From contig OZ025706.1 of NCBI GenBank assembly GCA_964019335.1, forward strand, positions 434,001-498,000: a DNA stretch of 64,000 nt. Reading direction: 5' to 3'. The notes under the pieces are model-generated. The model ran no database searches and was not told where the DNA came from. It was given only the letters and a program-made list of their open reading frames with translations. Shown piece after piece: positions 55,533-64,000 of this stretch. Source of the DNA: Diplonema japonicum (lineage: Eukaryota > Protista > Euglenozoa: Diplonemea). Position 1 is the first letter of the stretch, and each line of letters begins with the position of its first letter. The position numbers and the translations under genes were made by a program.

Positions 55533-57694
55533 ATGAGCAGCGGGGAGCTAATCGAAAGGGAAAGAAAAAGGGAGTGGCTTGAGAAGACGATAGACGGGAT
55601 CACCAACAAGATTGAGACGCAGGAAAAGAAAGTCGATGAGCTTAAGGCGAAAGTAAGGGCAGCAAGAGATGCTTATGAGCAGCACCTGTTGAACGATGCT
55701 ACCGAAGACCTACAAGACACCCGGACTAAACTGGAGAAGCTGGAGAAGGAGAAGGACACGTACACGGGCATACTGAAAAAAGCCCAGGACGCTGCGACTG
55801 GAACAAGACAGCCCAAGGTATGTTGTTTAGACAAGGTAAACAAACACCACAGAAACTGATCGGTCTTCAAGAAGTCTTAAATGCAGAGGGTGTGGTTGAC
55901 CGGTTGATGAAGCCCTATCCGTTGTTGAAGACGGAAGGCAAGGACTGGGTGTATCAGAATGGTGAGAGCTTGCGGGAAAGATTGTGCAAGACCTTCAGAA
56001 CCAACAGGAAGCTTTACCTAACTAACGAACGGGACAAGTCCACTGTGACCCAGACAATGCTCTGTGCAGGGCTGGGCATGGGCAAGACCCGTGCACTGAC
56101 GATGGTGCCGGAGCTGCTAAAGTCGGAAACAGAGGGGAAAAAACTTTTCGTCTTTAATGTGAGCTTTGAGAACAGGAGTGGGTTCAACCCGGCATATGAG
56201 AATGCAAGTACACGTGCTGTCGTCGATCGTATTGTTTGCCATCTCACGGAGGCCCCTTTTGATCTTTGGAGACAACAAAACACGGCCAACTTCTCTTTAG
56301 ATGACCTTATACGTGGTCTCTACAAAAAGATGTATGGAAAGGAGCCTGGGACACCAATCTGCGAGGATGTAGTGTGCCTGCTGGCGATCGACGGGGTGCA
56401 CAACTTGGCACACAACTCACTGCGTCCAGCAGACGACGATCCAATGCGCGTCTTTTTGCAAAGCGAGTTGAAATTCTTTCAGCTGACAAGTGACTTCTTT
56501 TGTTTCGTGGTGTGCTCGCTTACCGCGCGGAAATCGGCAGAAGCATCACTCGAAGGGACGAGCACAAGTCGAATTTTCATTCCAGTTCCCCGTGTCACTG
56601 TAAAGCCTGATAATGTGAATTTCAGCGAGAAGCTGTTCTCCATGGTGAAGGGACACGGGCGCGCGGTCGAGGCGCTTTCTTGGATGCGCAAGAAGCAACC
56701 TTCGGCAACTGATGTTCAGCTGCTCGAAGGGATGAGCAAGGTGCTGGCAGCTAAGTACGGCGAGATTATTGTGAGCGAAGAAGTCCAGAAGACGCTGCTA
56801 AAGAAGGCATTGCTGGATGAGCCTGTTAGAGAAACAGACGAAAATCTGGTAGAGCACCTCCGTCGGGGGCTCATGGTGGTTGAGAATGGAAGTCTGCAGC
56901 TGTCCCTCGTTTGGGCTATCGCCAATGCCATAACAAGAGGGAGCCTTCTCTCTCAGTACAACTGGTCTCTCAACAGCGAATCTTTCGAGTCTTTCTTGTT
57001 GTGGTTCAGGGCAACTCTCTCCAAATTACACAAATGCGGCACAACCACTGATCTGGCAGCCTTTCACAAAGGAGTCAAATGGATGAAAGCTCCTAAAGTC
57101 CATTTCACAAACGTCCACCTGCAAACCCGCTATGCGGTGAATCGCATCAGTACTTGTGGTACAGAAACACCAACGGAAATCAAGAGCAAACCTTCGCCAG
57201 GTTCAGACGAACAAGAAGAAGTGAAGGTGCCAGGGTACATCTTCAAAAATGCAAAGGGTGCATCCTCAGGAGATATCTTTTTGGAGCTGAACAAAGGTGT
57301 CAATGAGGTGTTGCAAGCAAAGCACCTGGTCTCGCAGCCTGTCCCGAAGAAGGAGGACACATTAATCCCTTATCTGAAAGAGGTGGTCCTCAAATCAGCC
57401 GACAAAACTGATGTCTTCTTGTTGCATACCACTGGCACTTTCCCCGACGACTGGGCCACGTGGTGCAAGGAAGATAGCGATCTCAAAGATCGCATCATAG
57501 GCATAGTGGACGCAACTAACTTTGAGGAGTACTACCACTGCTTTGCACCGTTGTGGTTACATGAGAAAAAAACCAATCGCCCAAGACAACCTGTCAGTGC
57601 CTTTGCCCCGACACCGAAGAAACAGAGGATGCACAGTAAACCCAGCCACATGCTGCTCTCCATGAGATGTGCACGTCGCACGTTTCGTCTTTAG
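55533..57694 (+). CDS. Crinkler/RHS-like protein: coiled-coil header, P-loop NTPase and PD-(D/E)xK-like nuclease; 35-nt intron at 55818-55852
   Basis: Walker A GLGMGKT, Walker B LLAIDG, GHGRAVEAL, C-terminal FKNAKGASSGDIF...LQAK. A phase-0 GT-AG intron joins ORFs 55509 and 55820. Confidence 0.78.
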
Positions 57695-58055
57695 ATTCAT
57701 CCCTCATCCTCTTTCTTCGCTGAAACAGTACCTCAAAGCCCTTCTAAATCCATATGCATCCACTTCACTTACTGCACCAATGCACACAGGTTGGATGTAG
57801 CCAACTTGCTTTCTCTCCTTTTCCAAGCAGGCGTAGTGAGAACTTGGCAACCTCTTATTTATGTGAGGCCGGTCCTGCGGCTCGACACCCGACAGTGAGG
57901 AGATGGCGATGGTAAAGGTGCTGATATGCTGGCACAGGCGGGCAGACGTCAGGGTAGGAAGATTAGCGCTTGATATAAGATGGGATCCCACCGGACGCCG
58001 GGTACGGTTGGACAGTTTTCGAAGGTATTTATATATATCGGGCCCAGTGCTATGG

Positions 58056-58140
58056 AGATTGCAATGGATGATATCAAAACAGTCAGTGAGTATCAATTGG
58101 TGGACAAGTCTGGTGCCAGCACCCGCGGTAATTCCAGCAC
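58056..58140 (+). rRNA. Isolated ~85-nt 18S rRNA fragment (helix 18 / 530-loop region), pseudogenic
   Basis: CAATTGGTGGACAAGTCTGGTGCCAGCACCCGCGGTAATTCCAGC matches the universal SSU motif. Flanks are not rRNA. Confidence 0.85.
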
Positions 58141-59509
58141 TTTCGATGTTATGACTTGCTGCCATCACATCCTCGACTCCTACAAAGGGGTAGGAGGGTC
58201 TTCCCAGCACATGAACTCCAGCGATGACAATACGCACGGCTACAAGAAGACATTCTGCAGAGCAGACGATGCCAACGAGGGTGCAGAGCACGACGACAGA
58301 CTTCAACGGGACAGGATGAATGGTGCCAGGACTACCACGAAGATTCAAACCTTCTATGTCTCATTTTGCGAACGTGTCCTTGTCCCATCACATCCAACAA
58401 GGAGATCTTCACCAAATTTGGCAAGTAAACAAGACAATATTTTATTTCTAACCTTAGCCCCCGTGCCCTTACTTATTATTACTTGTTGCTTGAACAATAT
58501 ATAACCACTCACACAGGTAGACTTGAATCCTTTATGGATGGACGGGTGTCGTGTTAAAAGTCCAATTCGTGTTGACCTCAGAGCATTTCAAAGACTGCGC
58601 CGTACTGGCCTTTAGCAGTTAAATTTTTGATATGCACCTAGGAGTAAAAGTACTTAGAAAGTTTTAAACGTCACCGGAGGGTTGGGCTGGAAAATGAGCT
58701 ATTTTGAAGGGTGGAAAATTTTGTGGTGCAGTCCAAAAGAAACCACCCAAAACACCTTAAAAGGGGCCAACTGAGGGTTTTTGGGACTGCGTCCCTACCC
58801 CTTGGGAGGCCTTCGTGAAATTATGTCACAGTACTTTAACTTTTCACTCTTTTTAGGTGCTGCAAACCATTTTTTGATGTTACACACTTTTTACTTGTAC
58901 TGCACGAACGAAGAATCTTGGTTACCAGGGGCGCCCCGGCTGGGGTTGAGTTGCACACCACACGCATTAAGGACACGACACGGAACGCAGAAGAAGCTAC
59001 TGCTCGGCCGAGGTGCGCCCCCTGTAATCAAGTAGACAGTTCATGCTTCGTTGCATGCTTAGCGCTAACTAGTGTTGCAATCAAAGCCCATTTTTCTCAA
59101 AATATCTCAGTCCACAGTGCTCTCTTGTTATGAGCTACTTTTAGGTGTGAGTTACATGTCACAAGTCGTTATTTAGTAGATGTCAAGCACATGCCCTTTT
59201 TTTGGGGTGGTGGGGTGGAAATATAAACCACATAGACTACACTCTTAAGAGTAATGAACACAATACCGTCGACCTATGTAATTCAGTAATAATAAACAAA
59301 GTAGATGCAGTCAGCGCACTTTGTTTGCTGCGGTTTATAACACGTCTTTGAAGAATTTGAGAAGCTTACAATGTATCTCATAGATAGTGGTGTTTTGTAG
59401 GTTGTTGCCATTTGCTTTCTGCACAATGGGTCCTTGATGACTCGAATGGCAGGCCCCGTCTGGCAGTGAAATGTTTATTTTTCTTCTTCGTACGAAAAAA
59501 AAAACGTAT

Positions 59510-59581
59510 TCCGCTATAGTACAGTGGTTAGTATACCTGGCTTTCACCCAGGCGACCCGGGTTCGAACCCCGGTGGCGGAA
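59510..59581 (+). tRNA. tRNA-Glu (TTC)
   Basis: Acceptor TCCGCTA/TGGCGGA, anticodon arm CCTGG-CTTTCAC-CCAGG, T arm CCGGG-TTCGAAC-CCCGG. Confidence 0.96.
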
Positions 59582-59582
59582 C

Positions 59583-59590
59583 TTTTTTTT
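59583..59590 (+). terminator. Pol III oligo-T terminator
   Basis: T8 immediately after the tRNA. Confidence 0.8.
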
Positions 59591-59699
59591 ACTGTGAAAC
59601 GAGAAAGTCACTCTGACATTTTTCTCTTGCACTATCTTCAAGAAGGAGTCCGTTGTATTGGAGAAAAATACTGGGCTTTTTTTTACCTGTCTTCCGGCA

Positions 59700-59770
59700 T
59701 TCTTCTCCGCTTTACAGTATTTATTTATTTCTTGACTTTTCTTCTTGTCTCCCTTTTAGTAGTTTTGTAG
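59700..59770 (+). promoter_or_regulatory. Polypyrimidine tract plus AG, putative trans-splice acceptor
   Basis: T/C-rich tract ending TTTTGTAG 32 nt before the ATG at 59803. The same layout occurs upstream of centrin and other genes. Confidence 0.6.
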
Positions 59771-59802
59771 GTTAACAAAACAAACACAAGCTCACGCAAA
59801 TC

Positions 59803-62800
59803 ATGGAAACGAAAGCAGGCCTTCTGCTGGTGCTGGTGACATCAGCAGCAGGGGTGGTATTGGACCCGCTGCCGTTCACAATTGCAAGGGGAACGGCGGA
59901 AACTGTTAGTGACACGGTATTTCTTATTGGAGGATGCAAAGACGCAGACCGTGGGACAACGACCATTACACCATGCACTGCCTTTCAAGACTCAATCATG
60001 GAATATAACACAAGCACAGCTGCACATGCCTCCACAATGGTATCTTTATCTACCCCGAGAGAAGACCATGCTACAGTGGTGGTTGACAACGTGATATATA
60101 TGATGGGTGGTGTGTCTGGAACAACGGGTCTTGTCGCTGCAACGAAAGTGGAGTCGTTTACCCCAGGGACTGGTGTTCGGGAGGATGTCACAGACCTTCC
60201 AAGTACAATGTCGCATCTTAATGCTGGTGCCTTCGCTTTTGGTAAAAAGATCTACTATTGCAGTGGAACTAGCGCTAAGTGCGCTATCTACGACATTGAC
60301 ACAAAAGCCTGGATGCCCAAAACTATTCCCTTCCCTGAGAGGAGTGGGTTCAGGGTAGTTGTCAACACAGAGGGTACATCTGCCTATGTTGTTGGAGGAG
60401 CAGACATCACAGTTCCTGCTAGCCCAGCTTATGGAAGTGACATTTACATCCTCAGTGCTGGGTCAGAGGAATGGCAAACCCGAACCCTTCCCTTTTTTGA
60501 GTTTAATCGAGAGGACGCCGTAGTTGTCCTACTTAATGAAGTGATCTACGTCTTGGGCGGTGCTCAGAAGAAGCAGCCTTTGCAGACCGCCCTCGCCGTC
60601 TACCCCCTTACTAATGAGGTGCAAGTAATCGGCGGTCTGGATGTGTCGTTGATGTCCACTGCTGCCGCAACCCATAATGATGCTGTTTTTATGTTCGGTG
60701 GTTTGGATGCTAACCTAGCCAGCACTACTGCTTCAAACCGTTTTGAGATTAAACCTCAACTTCTTGATCTCCCAACGATCCCCCTGCACGGTTCCGGAAC
60801 CACAAACCCGTCCCGTTTCTTTTGGAAGTGGATGGAAATCCTCACCTCTCGCATCAAGTTCCCTACCCACATCACCTATCGGGCTGTTGGTTCTTCGACT
60901 GGCATGTCCGACCTCCGAGGTGTCGGTCCAAGCCTCAGCCCCGTTGTCAGCTTTGCCTGTGGCGACATCCCTCTCAAAAAAGAGATTTACGATGAGATGA
61001 ATGCGGCATCACGAACCGTTGTACACGTGCCCTTCGCCCTTGGTACCATCTCAGTGTTCGTCAATCTTCCCGTGACCAGCCCTTTGAAGCTTACCCCTTG
61101 CGTTCTTGCAAAGATCTACACTGGCGCCATCAAGGAGTGGGACCATGCCGACATCCTTGCCCACAACTCTCAACACCAAGCCGTTCTGACTGGTCGCCTC
61201 ATCCAAGTTGGGAGACGTAAACACGGGTCGAGCAGCACTTTCGGTCTGACTCAGTATATGGCAGACGGCTGCCGTTCTGTCTGGAACACTGGTCCGAATT
61301 CAAAAATAGCTCTCTCGGATGCCCATGTGAGTGTCAGGGAAGGCTCAACAGAGATGACTCAGTTCTTGGAAAGCACAGAGTATGCAATTGGATACCTTGA
61401 CTCTGGTCACGGTATTGCCAAAGGCTTAAAGGAGGCCGCACTTGAAGGGCAACCCGGGAGTTTCGGAGTCTCCTCGAATGCTGACATTGCAAAGGCTGCT
61501 GACGGGGCATCGTGGCCAGAGCCAACGGCTGACTGGTCAAGTTTCTCTCTGATCAACAGACCCGGTGCGTGGCCCATCACAATGGTGAGCTACTTCTATT
61601 TGTACCAGGACATGACAGGTTCAGGCATCACAGGGAGCTTGCTTAAGGCTTTCGTTGAAACTGTTCTGAGTGCAGAAGGTCAGCAGGACATGGAAACCAA
61701 CTATGGATTCAAGCAAGCACCCTCCCAGATGAAGGCAGTGAGTGAGAAGGCGTTAGGGATAATTAAATTTTCGGCAGATGCTCCACCCTTCACGTATGAG
61801 AGGGAAACGCAAAAGAATGGTGTGGGGATGGGTGACTACGTAATCAGCACCAAGAGGAACCCGAGACCTTTTGATGAATCGGTGGCCCTTGCGGACATTG
61901 CGACACTGGAGACAAAGACTCGTACCCTTGAAGATTCTGTGAACGCTTTAACAGATCACGCAAAGACGACAAACAGCAGGGGTGATCTCCTAGAACACGA
62001 GCTCCAAACAAGAGCTGAACTTGCAGAAGGGGCAGGTTTCTCCACGGCAGTGACAGCAGGTGATGTCATTTACATTATTGGAGGGTGCATACGACTCCCA
62101 AAAGATCAGCCTTGCTCGCGCTTTGCAGAGACAATTACTCCTTACCACACACTCACAAACAAATACCAAACGAGCATCGCTCTGATCACTCCGAGAGAGC
62201 GCCACTCCTCGGTGCTTGTCGGTAACAAAATCTACATCTTTGGTGGCTATACCACAAACGGTGACATAGCCTCAACAGTTGACATAATTACATTATCTGG
62301 CACGGCGGCCCCACCAGTGGTGAGTAACTTTGCTGGAGTCCCCACTGAGCTCAAAAGAGCTGATGGGGCTGCATTCGTGTTGAATCAACGAGTGTACTAC
62401 TGCGGTGGGGTAACATCAACAGGTTCTATTCCAAGGTGTGACATTATTGAATTTGGTGCAAGCTCAGCCAGTGTCAAGGACACATTCCCTGTGCAGGCGC
62501 GTTCTGGGCACACCATTGTCGTGGACCATGTGGCAAAGAAAGCCTTTATGTTTGGTGGTGTTGTAACGGGGAAGACAGTTGGAGACCTCCAGGAGATGAC
62601 ACTTCTGGCAGATGGCAAAGGAACGTGGGGGACTGCGATTGCTGAACCTTTGGACGTCGAAAGAGCTCACCCGTCAATGGGACTTCTGGGCGACAACCTT
62701 TATATTTTCGGAGGGGAAAACAAAGACGGTGTTATGCGCACTGATATCCGTTTAGTCAACCTTGCTGACAAAACTTATCACCACGCCGGTGAGACACCCG

Positions 62801-64000
62801 TTGGTGTCAAAGGTGCAGCCTTCGCTCAGCATAGAGACTCGATCTACTTGTTTGGTGGTTTCTCGAAGAATAATAACGAGCAAAAGGGCGTTAACCGCTA
62901 TTTGGTCAAACCTGCACTTTTCGAAGTTAGCACGATCCCCCTGCACGGTTCCGGAACCACAAACCCGTCCCGTTTCTTTTGGAAGTGGATGGAAATCCTC
63001 ACCTCTCGCATCAAGGTTCCTACCCACATCACCTATCGGGCTGTTGGTTCTTCGACTGGCATGTCCGACCTCCGAGGTGTCGGTCCAAGCCTCAGCCCCG
63101 TTGTCAGCTTTGCCTGTGGCGACATCCCTCTCAAAAAAGAGATTTACGATGAGATGAATGCGGCATCACGAACCGTTGTACACGTGCCCTTCGCCCTTGG
63201 TACCATCTCAGTGTTCGTCAATCTTCCCGTGACCAGCCCTTTGAAGCTTACCCCTTGCGTTCTTGCAAAGATCTACACTGGCGCCATCAAGGAGTGGGAC
63301 CATGCCGACATCCTTGCCCACAACTCTCAACACCAAGCCGTTCTGACTGGTCGCCTCATCCAAGTTGGGAGACGTAAACACGGGTCGAGCAGCACTTTCG
63401 GTCTGACTCAGTATATGGCAGACGGCTGCCGTTCTGTCTGGAACACTGGTCCGAATTCAAAAATAGCTCTCTCGGATGCCCATGTGAGTGTCAGGGAAGG
63501 CTCAACAGAGATGACTCAGTTCTTGGAAAGCACAGAGTATGCAATTGGATACCTTGACTCTGGTCACGGTATTGCCAAAGGCTTAAAGGAGGCCGCACTT
63601 GAAGGGCAACCCGGGAGTTTCGGAGTCTCCTCGAATGCTGACATTGCAAAGGCTGCTGACGGGGCATCGTGGCCAGAGCCAACGGCTGACTGGTCAAGTT
63701 TCTCTCTGATCAACAGACCCGGTGCGTGGCCCATCACAATGGTGAGCTACTTCTATTTGTACCAGGACATGACAGGTTCAGGCATCACAGGGAGCTTGCT
63801 TAAGGCTTTCGTTGAAACTGTTCTGAGTGCAGAAGGTCAGCAGGACATGGAAACCAACTATGGATTCAAGCAAGCACCCTCCCAGATGAAGGCAGTGAGT
63901 GAGAAGGCGCTGAACTCTCTATGGATGCCTGTTGGCGCTCCTATCTTCACGTATGAGAGGGAAACGCAAAAGAATGGTGTGGGGATGGGTGACTACGTAA
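59803..64000 (+). CDS. Secreted kelch-propeller / PstS-like phosphate-binding protein with a tandem (kelch-PstS)x2 layout; 3'-incomplete and absent from the ORF track
   Basis: METKAGLLLVLVTSAAG signal peptide; kelch IYMMGG/IYVLGG/IYIFGG repeats; LHGSGTTNPS..YRAVGSSTG..FACGDIPL..LAKIYTGAIKEWD..RRKHGSSSTFGLT..WPI. No stop seen to the window end. Confidence 0.88.
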   Translation, partial: METKAGLLLVLVTSAAGVVLDPLPFTIARGTAETVSDTVFLIGGCKDADRGTTTITPCTAFQDSIMEYNTSTAAHASTMVSLSTPREDHATVVVDNVIYMMGGVSGTTGLVAATKVESFTPGTGVREDVTDLPSTMSHLNAGAFAFGKKIYYCSGTSAKCAIYDIDTKAWMPKTIPFPERSGFRVVVNTEGTSAYVVGGADITVPASPAYGSDIYILSAGSEEWQTRTLPFFEFNREDAVVVLLNEVIYVLGGAQKKQPLQTALAVYPLTNEVQVIGGLDVSLMSTAAATHNDAVFMFGGLDANLASTTASNRFEIKPQLLDLPTIPLHGSGTTNPSRFFWKWMEILTSRIKFPTHITYRAVGSSTGMSDLRGVGPSLSPVVSFACGDIPLKKEIYDEMNAASRTVVHVPFALGTISVFVNLPVTSPLKLTPCVLAKIYTGAIKEWDHADILAHNSQHQAVLTGRLIQVGRRKHGSSSTFGLTQYMADGCRSVWNTGPNSKIALSDAHVSVREGSTEMTQFLESTEYAIGYLDSGHGIAKGLKEAALEGQPGSFGVSSNADIAKAADGASWPEPTADWSSFSLINRPGAWPITMVSYFYLYQDMTGSGITGSLLKAFVETVLSAEGQQDMETNYGFKQAPSQMKAVSEKALGIIKFSADAPPFTYERETQKNGVGMGDYVISTKRNPRPFDESVALADIATLETKTRTLEDSVNALTDHAKTTNSRGDLLEHELQTRAELAEGAGFSTAVTAGDVIYIIGGCIRLPKDQPCSRFAETITPYHTLTNKYQTSIALITPRERHSSVLVGNKIYIFGGYTTNGDIASTVDIITLSGTAAPPVVSNFAGVPTELKRADGAAFVLNQRVYYCGGVTSTGSIPRCDIIEFGASSASVKDTFPVQARSGHTIVVDHVAKKAFMFGGVVTGKTVGDLQEMTLLADGKGTWGTAIAEPLDVERAHPSMGLLGDNLYIFGGENKDGVMRTDIRLVNLADKTYHHAGETPVGVKGAAFAQHRDSIYLFGGFSKNNNEQKGVNRYLVKPALFEVSTIPLHGSGTTNPSRFFWKWMEILTSRIKVPTHITYRAVGSSTGMSDLRGVGPSLSPVVSFACGDIPLKKEIYDEMNAASRTVVHVPFALGTISVFVNLPVTSPLKLTPCVLAKIYTGAIKEWDHADILAHNSQHQAVLTGRLIQVGRRKHGSSSTFGLTQYMADGCRSVWNTGPNSKIALSDAHVSVREGSTEMTQFLESTEYAIGYLDSGHGIAKGLKEAALEGQPGSFGVSSNADIAKAADGASWPEPTADWSSFSLINRPGAWPITMVSYFYLYQDMTGSGITGSLLKAFVETVLSAEGQQDMETNYGFKQAPSQMKAVSEKALNSLWMPVGAPIFTYERETQKNGVGMGDYV
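60775..61843 (+). repeat. Near-identical intragenic duplication; second copy at 62932-64000 (offset 2157, in frame)
   Basis: Direct identity except one codon (TTC/GTT) and a ~35-nt patch near the end. Confidence 0.95.

Noticed and set aside
57704-58504. ORFs 57704-58348(-) and 57980-58504(+)
   Set aside because: Both read through the 18S fragment and lack coherent domains; treated as mosaic sequence.
60743-63697. Duplicated small ORFs in the track (60743/62762, 61334/63491)
   Set aside because: Off-frame or antisense products of the duplicated PstS coding module.

Overview
Eukaryotic nuclear DNA, most likely a euglenozoan and probably a diplonemid. The basis is a ~44-kb single-strand gene cluster, polypyrimidine/AG acceptors before genes, short GT-AG introns, an 18S fragment with the euglenozoan-type CCAGCACCCGCGG, and a spliced-leader-like 15-mer. 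From 1 to 44.8 kb every credible gene is on the minus strand: two clusters of a repeated box C/D-like RNA, two sulfatases, a WD40 protein, a Cache/cyclase-like/CNG-channel fusion, an LRR protein, PMM, CDC45, centrin, glycerate kinase, coiled-coil proteins, a PPR protein, a K+ channel, VPS25, a TMEM135-like protein and a PDZ double pseudophosphatase. From 45 to 55.4 kb lies a repeat-rich, CpG-depleted divergent strand-switch region with decayed hAT, pogo/DDE_1 and LINE elements and an assembly gap. Beyond it, on the plus strand, are a Crinkler/RHS-like NTPase-nuclease gene, an 18S rRNA fragment, tRNA-Glu(TTC) and a secreted (kelch-PstS)x2 protein that runs off the window and is missing from the ORF track. 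All calls come from manual motif reading; no searches were run.
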